Part shown: one piece after another, positions 21,339-29,623 of the stretch
How positions within the stretch are numbered: the first letter of the stretch is position 1
Layout of the letters: every line of letters starts with the position of its first letter
Origin: Gammaproteobacteria bacterium
GTDB lineage: Bacteria > Pseudomonadota > Gammaproteobacteria > CAKMZV01
Length of the DNA: 64,000 bases
Direction: 5' to 3'
NCBI GenBank assembly: GCA_965277775.1
Contig: OZ255843.1
Span: 455,451-519,450 of the forward strand
The notes under the pieces: generated by a model
What the model was told of the DNA's origin: nothing
The model's input: only the letters and a program-made list of their open reading frames with translations
Databases searched by the model: none
Translations under genes and position numbers: made by a program

Positions 21339-21350
21339 GATGAGTGCCCC

Positions 21351-21941
21351 TTAGCGCAAATATAAACGAATCCAATTTTCCACGGCTTCCAAGCCTTTTT
21401 TGGATTTGGACGAACCCACTGAAAAACTGACCACTTGAAACGCTTCTAATTGTTTTTCAAATTGTTTTTTTTGTTGAAACAACACGTTATTGCTGATCTT
21501 ATCGGCTTTAGAAAAAAACAAATGTACAGGGATCTGTAAACTTTCAACCAGATCTAATAACATAAAATCGGTGTCACGCAGTGGGTGACGCACATCACAG
21601 ATCAAAACGATCCCGCGCAATGATTGACGACCGCTTATATAAGTACCAATCAAGCTCTGCCATTTCTTTTGCTCAGTTTTGGACGCTTTGGCAAATCCAT
21701 AGCCAGGCAAATCGACCAAGCGTTGCTGAGCCGATTCATGGCATTGAAAAAACACCAAATGCCGAGTTCTACCGGGTGTTTTGGAGGTCACTGCCAAAGA
21801 TTTTTGGCGGCACAATGCGTTCAAGAAACTTGATTTACCCGCATTTGAGCGTCCTGCAAAAGCAATTTCACTCCCTGTGTCAATGGGTGCCGTTTCTAAC
21901 AAGGGGGTGCTTAGTATGAAAGATGTTTGAGAAAAGTCCAT
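21351..21941 (-). CDS. engB: ribosome biogenesis GTP-binding protein YihA/EngB
   Basis: G1 GRSNAGKSS, G3 DLPGYG, 196 aa. Confidence 0.85.
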   Translation of the reverse strand: MDFSQTSFILSTPLLETAPIDTGSEIAFAGRSNAGKSSFLNALCRQKSLAVTSKTPGRTRHLVFFQCHESAQQRLVDLPGYGFAKASKTEQKKWQSLIGTYISGRQSLRGIVLICDVRHPLRDTDFMLLDLVESLQIPVHLFFSKADKISNNVLFQQKKQFEKQLEAFQVVSFSVGSSKSKKGLEAVENWIRLYLR

Positions 21942-22203
21942 GCGTTTAGATTATCGGGGGCGAGTGGTAGCCAAAAGTTAAAGAATTCTACTGTTTTTTT
22001 CAGTTTGACAAGACTATTCTCTACTAAGAAGGGGCATTTAATGTTCATTTCTTTGATATTTCAGTAAATATTATAAAATTACCACAAAAATACACTCAAA
22101 TATTTTATACAAATATATCAATAAGTTATCTAATTATACTTAATTTAATTTCTAATAATATGCGTGCATAATAGCCACTAAATTATAAAAATTACTTCAC
22201 AAA

Positions 22204-22230
22204 GTGGGAATTTGTGGGATAATTTGCGCA
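22204..22230 (+). promoter_or_regulatory. possible MraZ-box direct repeats (GTGGG-N5-GTGGG-N5-TTGCG) in mraZ upstream/5' region
   Basis: aaaGTGGGaatttGTGGGataatttGCGCa at 10-bp periodicity immediately before likely mraZ start at 22233. Confidence 0.35.
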
Positions 22231-22232
22231 CT

Positions 22233-22676
22233 ATGAATTTTCCAGGTCCTGCACAAATCAAATTAGACGACAAGGCGCGTATTGCCATTCCCGTACGCTA
22301 TAGAAACGAATTATTGGAATCTTGGGGTAAGCGACTGATTTCAACGATCGATTTATACGAGCGCATATTGGTGCTCTACCCTTTCCGTTATTGGGAAGAG
22401 GAAATCATGCCGGCTTGGTCTCAATTATCAAGCATTGACCCTCAAGCCAGCGAAGCAAAACGTCGTTTCCTTGGCAGTGCCACCGAAGTGATTATGGACA
22501 ATGCTGGGCGCATTCGATTGCCTTCAGTACTGATGGCTTATGCGCACATAACCACCGAAGTTGATCTGCGACGCTTAGGCAATAAATTTGAAATCAGCGC
22601 CGTTCAACCAGACATTTTAGAACCTTTGGATAAATCCAACCCCTTGGCTGAAGTATTACAAAATCTTAAAACATAA
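22233..22676 (+). CDS. mraZ: transcriptional regulator MraZ
   Basis: MNFPGPAQIKLDDKARIAIPVRYR resembles E. coli MraZ N-terminus; the ORF formally opens at 22212. Confidence 0.85.
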   Translation: MNFPGPAQIKLDDKARIAIPVRYRNELLESWGKRLISTIDLYERILVLYPFRYWEEEIMPAWSQLSSIDPQASEAKRRFLGSATEVIMDNAGRIRLPSVLMAYAHITTEVDLRRLGNKFEISAVQPDILEPLDKSNPLAEVLQNLKT

Positions 22677-23576
22677 ATGCTACACCACCCTATCATGGTT
22701 GCCGAAGTCACAAAACATTTAATCACTGATACAGACGGCGTCTATGTTGATGGGACCTTTGGTCGTGGAGGGCATTCGGCCGCATTACTTGAGCAACTCA
22801 GCGCCAAAGCCACCTTATTTGCCATCGATCAAGACCTTGAAGCCATTGATTATGGTCACAACCATTTTAGTGACGACAGATTACAGTTGATTCACGACAA
22901 CTTCAGCAATATATCGGCTGTTATGTCAGGCAAGGTCGGTGCCATTGATGGTATTTTTCTCGATGTCGGTGTTTCGTCTCCACAATTGGATGAAGCCCAC
23001 CGTGGATTCTCATTTCAACAGTCAGGGCCCTTGGATATGCGCATGGATCGTTCGATGGGTTTAACCGCTCGCCAATGGTTGCTCAAAAATGATGAGCCAA
23101 CCATCGCCAATGCGCTGTGGAAATATGGTCAAGAAAGACATTCGCGAACCATTGCCAAACACATTAAATCGGCGTTAAAAAACGATGGACTTCACTCAAC
23201 AACTGAGCTCGCAAAGCTGGTTTCGGTCATTGTAAAACGTGAAAAGAACAAACATCCAGCCACCCGTACCTTTCAAGCACTGCGTTTGGTGGTCAATGAT
23301 GAAATCCCCGCCTTAGAAAAGACATTGGAACAGTGCCACGCTTTGTTGAAATCCAAAGGCCGCTTGGCCACCTTAACGTTTCATTCGCTTGAACACCAAG
23401 TCATTAAACAGTTTCGTAAAATCAAATCTGGGGTGCCAGATGTCCCCAGAGGTTTGCCGGTCACCCACAACCAATGCACGATTAAGCTCATAGCTAAAAC
23501 AACACCGAGTGCCGCAGAGGTTAGCAAAAACCCCCGAGCACGCAGCGCTCAATTGACTGTGATTGAAAAAATTTAA
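22677..23576 (+). CDS. rsmH: 16S rRNA (cytosine1402-N4)-methyltransferase
   Basis: HxPVM, DGTFGRGGHS motifs; 299 aa. Confidence 0.9.
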   Translation: MLHHPIMVAEVTKHLITDTDGVYVDGTFGRGGHSAALLEQLSAKATLFAIDQDLEAIDYGHNHFSDDRLQLIHDNFSNISAVMSGKVGAIDGIFLDVGVSSPQLDEAHRGFSFQQSGPLDMRMDRSMGLTARQWLLKNDEPTIANALWKYGQERHSRTIAKHIKSALKNDGLHSTTELAKLVSVIVKREKNKHPATRTFQALRLVVNDEIPALEKTLEQCHALLKSKGRLATLTFHSLEHQVIKQFRKIKSGVPDVPRGLPVTHNQCTIKLIAKTTPSAAEVSKNPRARSAQLTVIEKI

Positions 23577-24024
23577 CTCATGTACTATGCAATTCACTAT
23601 CCCAAGTTGTCTGTTCTATGCAGAAACTGCGCCATCAAACCAATGAGGCAAAGTATAGACCTATCAAACATCAAACCCAAAGGTATTCAAAATGGCTAAA
23701 CATCAATTAAACACCCCAACATTCGGCGACATGCCCTTTGAACTCATCATTGAGGAAGTCAAAACGCCCAAAATAGTCAAACAGCATAATACTGACGCAC
23801 ATGTCATGGTGCCTGACTTGAACGAACAAGCTTTTCATTTGGACGAATCGTATCATCCTAACAGTCATTATGATGACATGCGCGATGCCTTCTGGAGCAT
23901 CGAAGCCGAGTCATTTGAACCCACTATGACGTCTCAATCTGTGGTGACTGAACCAACAGTCATCAAACGGGCTAAATTTCACTCAAATACGCCCTTAGAA
24001 ACCAAAGAGACGGAGTCTAACAAC

Positions 24025-25182
24025 ATGAATGGCGCTGCACTATTCAATGATCCATCGGATCAAAAATCAACCAAGGATTCTCCCTTAAACACCGTCATAA
24101 AAGTGATTGGTGTTGGGGGCGCAGGTTGTAATGCCGTCGATTATATTACCCATTCAACCGACATTAAGAATATTGAATTAATTGCCGTCAACTCTGATGA
24201 GCAAACCTTATTGAATAAATCAGCAGATTGTAAAATCAAATTAGGTGATAAAGGTTTGGGTGCAGGCGGAGACCCCGTTATTGGCAGACGTTTTGCAGAA
24301 GAACAAGAAGCGCAAATTCGCCAACATTTGGAAGATACCCACATGGTATTTCTTTCAACGTCAATGGGTGGTGGCACTGGCACTGGTGCTTCTCCAGTCA
24401 TTGCTAAAATTGCCAGTGATATGAGCATACTGGTGGTTTCAGTGGTGTACATGCCCTATGATTGGGAGGGCAAAACAGAGATGGCCAATCAAGGCTTAGA
24501 AGAACTACAAAAGTACACCGATGCGTTGATTGTATTACCCAATGAGAATTTGGAATATGTTGAAGCGGATGACATCGATGCACAAATGGCTCGAGCGCAC
24601 CAAGTCTTGGCAGACTCTATCACAGGCATCTACGAAGTTTTAGCCAATCATGGTATGGTCAACGCCGATTTTAATGACTTAAAAACCGCTTGTCGATTCC
24701 GTGGACGTGCCTTGATTGGCAAAGGCGAAGCCAGTGGTAAAAACGATAACCGTGCCGACACGGCTGTGGCAGAAGCCTTAGAGAACCCACTCATGGATAT
24801 TCAAATGTTTACCCATGCAAAAAGCATGCTCATCAATATCAAAGGACGATTTGGTAAACAAGAAATTGGACATGTCAAAGCGCTACTATCCAATTACGTA
24901 CAAGAAGATCGGGTTAAGATTTGTTTGATGCCCGATTCGTCAATGGAAGACAAACTACAAATCATTTTAATTGCAACGGGCATCAGTTGTGATCCAGCAG
25001 AACCAAAGGTCTCAACGAGCATAGAAGACGAGCAAGTTCAAGAACAAGCAGCGCCTAAAAAAGACATTATCCCATTGAATGAAAACAAAACGAATTTACA
25101 CAGTAGATTCGATAAAAAAACATGGACGAATCCTAGAGACATGTATCAACAGCCCACTCTTATGAGGAAGCAATTAGACTGA
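24025..25182 (+). CDS. ftsZ: cell division protein FtsZ
   Basis: VIKVIGVGGAGCNAV, GGGTGTG tubulin signature, T7 NADFNDL, C-terminal FtsA/ZipA-binding peptide QPTLMRKQLD; the frame is open from 23692 (111 extra codons) but a good SD (GGAG) precedes ATG 24025 and gives a canonical ~385-aa FtsZ. Confidence 0.8.
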   Translation: MNGAALFNDPSDQKSTKDSPLNTVIKVIGVGGAGCNAVDYITHSTDIKNIELIAVNSDEQTLLNKSADCKIKLGDKGLGAGGDPVIGRRFAEEQEAQIRQHLEDTHMVFLSTSMGGGTGTGASPVIAKIASDMSILVVSVVYMPYDWEGKTEMANQGLEELQKYTDALIVLPNENLEYVEADDIDAQMARAHQVLADSITGIYEVLANHGMVNADFNDLKTACRFRGRALIGKGEASGKNDNRADTAVAEALENPLMDIQMFTHAKSMLINIKGRFGKQEIGHVKALLSNYVQEDRVKICLMPDSSMEDKLQIILIATGISCDPAEPKVSTSIEDEQVQEQAAPKKDIIPLNENKTNLHSRFDKKTWTNPRDMYQQPTLMRKQLD

Positions 25183-25196
25183 TTATTGAACTGTGC

Positions 25197-25514
25197 ATGG
25201 CCGATTCCAAAACGCAACAAAACAAAACGAATCGATGGTTCTGGTGGATCGTCGCGCTTTGTGTTGTCAGCATTCATTTAATTGCCATGGTTATTGTCAG
25301 CTATCAAAATCTACTGCAAACCCATAAACATCACACCCAATTAGATCAAAACAAACAACTCATTCAATTAATCAGCCATTATGAACTGGAGGAGTCTTTC
25401 TTAAAGAGTTATCCAAAAATTGATGACTGGGCTAATGATAACCAATTCATCACAGAACCAAAAAATCATACCATTATAGATTTCAGTGTTCAAGAAAACA
25501 GCACACCCAAATAA
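25197..25514 (+). CDS. ftsL: cell division protein FtsL
   Basis: 105 aa, single TM then coiled coil; position between rsmH/ftsZ and ftsI. Confidence 0.65.
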   Translation: MADSKTQQNKTNRWFWWIVALCVVSIHLIAMVIVSYQNLLQTHKHHTQLDQNKQLIQLISHYELEESFLKSYPKIDDWANDNQFITEPKNHTIIDFSVQENSTPK

Positions 25515-25518
25515 AGCG

Positions 25519-27300
25519 ATGAAAACACAACAAAAAAAGATGACCTTTGAATTTCCTCGATACCGAATGGGGTTTTTATGGTTTTTGATGTTAGTCATGT
25601 TGGCCATTCTCGGCGTCAGAGGTTGGCAGTTGACTCAACATAATGAGATGACAGACTTTAAACAATTACGAGATAAGACCATCAAAAGGCAGTGGGTTGA
25701 CGTCGCATTGAGAGGCAATATTTATTCTGATGACAATATGCTATTGGCGGGCAATGCCGTGTTCCACAGAGTTGGATTCGATCCCTTAAGGTTTCATCAA
25801 TACGTCAAGAATGCTCAGAAAAACAATAAAACACTCGCTGAAGCAAAAGAAGTCCTACACAGCGCACAAAAAATCCTGCAAAGCAAGGTTGATTTGTTTG
25901 ATTATGCTCAGAAAAATCCCAATAGAAGGTATTTAGCCGTCATCGAAAAACTAACGCCTGAAAAACATGCTAAATTAGCGCAATTGATAAAAACCTACCG
26001 CATCAATTATTTCAATATAAAAGACCACTACGTTCGAGCTTATCCTAACAGGGAGGTTGGGGCACATATCGTTGGCGTCATCAATAAAAGTGGGCGACCC
26101 ATTCTGGGGGCAGAACGGTGGTTTAATCAACAGTTATTGGAGACTTCGGGTAAAAGAGAAACCGTCTGGACTGGACGCAGAAACGAACGAAAATACATCG
26201 GTTGGAAAATCCTTGAGCCAGCCCAACACGGTGAAACTTTGCAATTAACGCTTGACCAACGAGCACAGTATTTAACCCATAAAGCCTTATTTAATGCCTA
26301 TCAGAAGCATCAAGCAAAATCAGCGTCAGCGATCATCATTGAAGCTGAAACGGGTAAATTATTGTCGATGGTATCGCTTCCCTCATTTAATTCAAATAAC
26401 CCGCGCAATTGGAAACAGGCTGCCTTAACCAATCATGCCATTTTTGATAAAATTCAACCGGGCTCCACTGTCAAACCTGCCACAATGTTAGCGGGTTTGG
26501 AATCGGAGGTGATCGCCATTTCCTCAACAATCAACGCCAACAAGTTGATTTTCGTTGAAGGCTATAGAGTCACAGATCCCAGACACTTCGGTGTGCTCGA
26601 TGTGGCAGGCATATTGCAAAAATCAAGCAATATCGGTGCCGTTAAAATCGGTCAGAAAATCGGCAAAGTTGCCTTGTGGCAAATGCATAAAAAACTGGGC
26701 TGGGGACGTACCAATCCCCTCCACGCCCATAGCCCACCAGACATATTGAGTATTGCCCATCACGATACTTGGCAAAATGCTGATTTTCTATCTCGAACCT
26801 ACGGCTATGGATTTACTTTGGATTTATTGGATCTATCTCGTTTATATCTGGCCATTGCCAATGATGGCCTTATTCCAACGGTACACATTTGGAACCAAGC
26901 CATGCCTGATACAGAACAAGCCCTCGTCGCCAAGCCATCGAATGTTAAACTCATCAGGCACGCCATGACCAATGTCGCAAAACCAGGCGGCACAGCGCCC
27001 TTAGCCAATATAAAAGGTTATACCGTCGCAGGAAAAACAGGCACCGTTCGCCACAAAAGAGCAGGTCAATACCACTACCGTGCATTTTTTGCAGGTATGG
27101 TCCCCGCTGAAGATCCAAAATTTGTGATGATCGTCATGATTGAACACGATAAAGAAGAAGAACGCTACTATGGTGGAGACAGTGCTGCGCCTGTATTTGG
27201 TGAAGTCATGCCTCAGTTACTCAGAATCTATGGTGTACCACCTGCCAAGAAAGTTGAACCAAAGATTGAACGGCAACATGCCCAGCTTGAACCTCTCTGA
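25519..27300 (+). CDS. ftsI: peptidoglycan D,D-transpeptidase FtsI (PBP3)
   Basis: SxxK (STVKP), SxN, KTG(T) motifs; ORF formally opens at 25486. Confidence 0.9.
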   Translation: MKTQQKKMTFEFPRYRMGFLWFLMLVMLAILGVRGWQLTQHNEMTDFKQLRDKTIKRQWVDVALRGNIYSDDNMLLAGNAVFHRVGFDPLRFHQYVKNAQKNNKTLAEAKEVLHSAQKILQSKVDLFDYAQKNPNRRYLAVIEKLTPEKHAKLAQLIKTYRINYFNIKDHYVRAYPNREVGAHIVGVINKSGRPILGAERWFNQQLLETSGKRETVWTGRRNERKYIGWKILEPAQHGETLQLTLDQRAQYLTHKALFNAYQKHQAKSASAIIIEAETGKLLSMVSLPSFNSNNPRNWKQAALTNHAIFDKIQPGSTVKPATMLAGLESEVIAISSTINANKLIFVEGYRVTDPRHFGVLDVAGILQKSSNIGAVKIGQKIGKVALWQMHKKLGWGRTNPLHAHSPPDILSIAHHDTWQNADFLSRTYGYGFTLDLLDLSRLYLAIANDGLIPTVHIWNQAMPDTEQALVAKPSNVKLIRHAMTNVAKPGGTAPLANIKGYTVAGKTGTVRHKRAGQYHYRAFFAGMVPAEDPKFVMIVMIEHDKEEERYYGGDSAAPVFGEVMPQLLRIYGVPPAKKVEPKIERQHAQLEPL

Positions 27301-28750
27301 GTGGCTTTCAGGCATTATTGAAGCGCCCAATCTGACTTTTTTGGGACTGTCTGAAGATTCACGAAGCATACGGGCAAACCATATATACATTGCCTTACCG
27401 CTGAGCGGGGGCAAGCACGGATTAGATTATGTTGAAAATGCGGTCGCCAATGGCGCTTGTGCCGTTTTGAGTGATAAGCCCTACGCCAGTGACATCAGCA
27501 TTCCTTGCTTAACCATTGCCGATTTGGTGACTCTGCGTAGCACCTTGTACGCCAAATATTTTAAAACCCAATCTCTGCCCATGCCGGTCATTGGCATTAC
27601 GGGCACCAATGGCAAAACTTCTGTTGCAAATATTTGTGCGCAATTACTGCTTTGTCGATTCAATAAAATTGGTTTGTTGGGTACGACTGGCAATGGCATA
27701 GTCGATCATACGGGCACTTATTTACAAAGTGGACCCTTAACCACCTTAGACAATCTTAATTTACACCGACAGTTGGCACACTTTAAAGCGCTTCATGTTG
27801 ATGTGATCGTCATGGAAGTTTCCTCGCATGGCATCCATCAAAACCGCATTGCGGGCATAAGGTTTAGCGTAGGTGTGTTAACCAATATCACCCAAGACCA
27901 TTTAGATTATCACGGAACATTGGCAGAATATATTGCAGTGAAATTCAATTTCTTTCGCCAATATCAACCCCGAAAATGGATCATCAATGTCGGGGATGAA
28001 ACGGGTGCAGAATTGGCAAAATCACAGCCTGAATCGTGTATGACTTATGGACAATCAGCCGATGCAGGCTGGCAATGTGCAGCGTTGAATCAGTCTCACT
28101 TAGGCATTAACTTCACTTTGCGCCATCAAGACCGAGACTACCCTGTCTCTGCCCCCATTCAAGGTTATTTTCAAATGGAAAATATCACCGCTGCCATAGT
28201 CGTTGCGTACGCATTGGGCATTGATTTAGCAAAAATCATAAACAAGGCGACCACGCTACAAACCGCTGCAGGCAGAATGGAATGGCTCACTGACGAAGCA
28301 TGTCCCAATGTGGTGATAGACTATGCGCACACCCCAGACGCATTAACCAAAGCACTAAAAAGCGTTAAAGATTTAACGCAAGGTCAACTGTGGTGTGTGT
28401 TTGGTTGCGGTGGCAATAGAGATCAAGACAAACGAAAAAAAATGGGCGCCATTGCCCAAAAATATGCTGATCATGTAATTATCACTGACGACAATCCAAG
28501 ACATGAACCGCCCCATCTTATTCGGCAACAAGTGCGACAAGGCGCGCCTGATGCGATTGAAATATCAAACCGCTATGACGCCATCTCAGCTGCGCTGACA
28601 AAGGCGCAAAACGATGATGTGATTCTCATTGCAGGCAAAGGTCATGAGACCACCCAAATTATTGGGGACGTTCGCCACGAATTTTGCGACAAGTCTGTGG
28701 CAAAGAAACTGATGGCTCAGCTTAAAAAAGCCTCACTAAGCCAGCAATAG
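27278..28750 (+). CDS. murE: UDP-N-acetylmuramoyl-L-alanyl-D-glutamate--2,6-diaminopimelate ligase
   Basis: GITGTNGKTS P-loop, Mur ligase central and C-terminal domains; ORF formally opens at 27140 but MurE-like sequence starts at Met 27278. Confidence 0.88.
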   Translation: MPSLNLSEWLSGIIEAPNLTFLGLSEDSRSIRANHIYIALPLSGGKHGLDYVENAVANGACAVLSDKPYASDISIPCLTIADLVTLRSTLYAKYFKTQSLPMPVIGITGTNGKTSVANICAQLLLCRFNKIGLLGTTGNGIVDHTGTYLQSGPLTTLDNLNLHRQLAHFKALHVDVIVMEVSSHGIHQNRIAGIRFSVGVLTNITQDHLDYHGTLAEYIAVKFNFFRQYQPRKWIINVGDETGAELAKSQPESCMTYGQSADAGWQCAALNQSHLGINFTLRHQDRDYPVSAPIQGYFQMENITAAIVVAYALGIDLAKIINKATTLQTAAGRMEWLTDEACPNVVIDYAHTPDALTKALKSVKDLTQGQLWCVFGCGGNRDQDKRKKMGAIAQKYADHVIITDDNPRHEPPHLIRQQVRQGAPDAIEISNRYDAISAALTKAQNDDVILIAGKGHETTQIIGDVRHEFCDKSVAKKLMAQLKKASLSQQ

Positions 28751-28777
28751 AGGAAATGAGCAGCTTGGTTGATCGGT

Positions 28778-29623
28778 TTATAACCCAGCGGCTATCACCG
28801 TGTTTTCCATTAAAGTGGCAATGGTCATTGGACCCACACCACCAGGCACAGGCGTAATCCAAGCCGCGCGTTGAACCGCAACGTTAAACTCAACATCGCC
28901 CGACAAACTACCGTCGTCATTGCGATGAATACCAACATCAACCACGACCGCACCAGGTTTGATCCAGTCGCCTTTAACCAGCTGATTAACGCCAGCTGCG
29001 ACCACCACCACATCAGCTCGTCGAATATGCGCTGCAAGGTCGCGCGTTTTACTCGAACAAACCGTCACAGTGGCACGTTCGTTGAGCATTTCTAAGGTAA
29101 TGGGTCGTCCAACAATGCGTGAGGTGCCGACCACGACGACTTCTTGACCCATCAAAGGTATATCGTAATGCCGTAATAGCGTCATAATGCCTTTTGGGGT
29201 ACAGGGCGAAAGTCGATTTTGATTCAATGCCAAGCGACCCAAATTAATTGGTAAAAACCCATCCACATCCTTGCCTGGCACAATCTTGCCAATGATGAGT
29301 TCTGGGCTAATGTGATCTGGTAAAGGCAATTGAACCAAAATGCCATTGATACTATCATCGCAATTGAGTTTATCGATGAGTTCTATCAATTCCGTCTGGC
29401 TGATCGTCGCTGGTAGGTGATGACTGAAAGATTCAATGCCGATGGACTCACAAGTGCGCGTTTTGCTGTTGACATAAACACTTGAAGCTGAATCCAATCC
29501 CACCAGAACAACAGCCAACCCAGGCGGTTGATGGCCCGCATCCACGTGCTTTTTGATTTTAGTTTTCAATTTTTCTAATAATTGATTCCGAACCAATGTC
29601 CCATCTAATATATTTGCACTCAT
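28778..29623 (-). CDS. folD: bifunctional methylenetetrahydrofolate dehydrogenase/cyclohydrolase
   Basis: 281 aa, FolD-like throughout (ILDG..., PGGVGPMT). Confidence 0.9.
   Translation of the reverse strand: MSANILDGTLVRNQLLEKLKTKIKKHVDAGHQPPGLAVVLVGLDSASSVYVNSKTRTCESIGIESFSHHLPATISQTELIELIDKLNCDDSINGILVQLPLPDHISPELIIGKIVPGKDVDGFLPINLGRLALNQNRLSPCTPKGIMTLLRHYDIPLMGQEVVVVGTSRIVGRPITLEMLNERATVTVCSSKTRDLAAHIRRADVVVVAAGVNQLVKGDWIKPGAVVVDVGIHRNDDGSLSGDVEFNVAVQRAAWITPVPGGVGPMTIATLMENTVIAAGL

Noticed and set aside
23692-25182. FtsZ-like paralog with a 130-aa N-terminal extension inserted into the dcw cluster
   Set aside because: The protein has the canonical C-terminal FtsA/ZipA-binding peptide, and an SD-preceded internal ATG at 24025 gives a normal ~385-aa FtsZ. 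I treat it as the bona fide ftsZ in an unusual position, with only a residual chance that the extension is translated.
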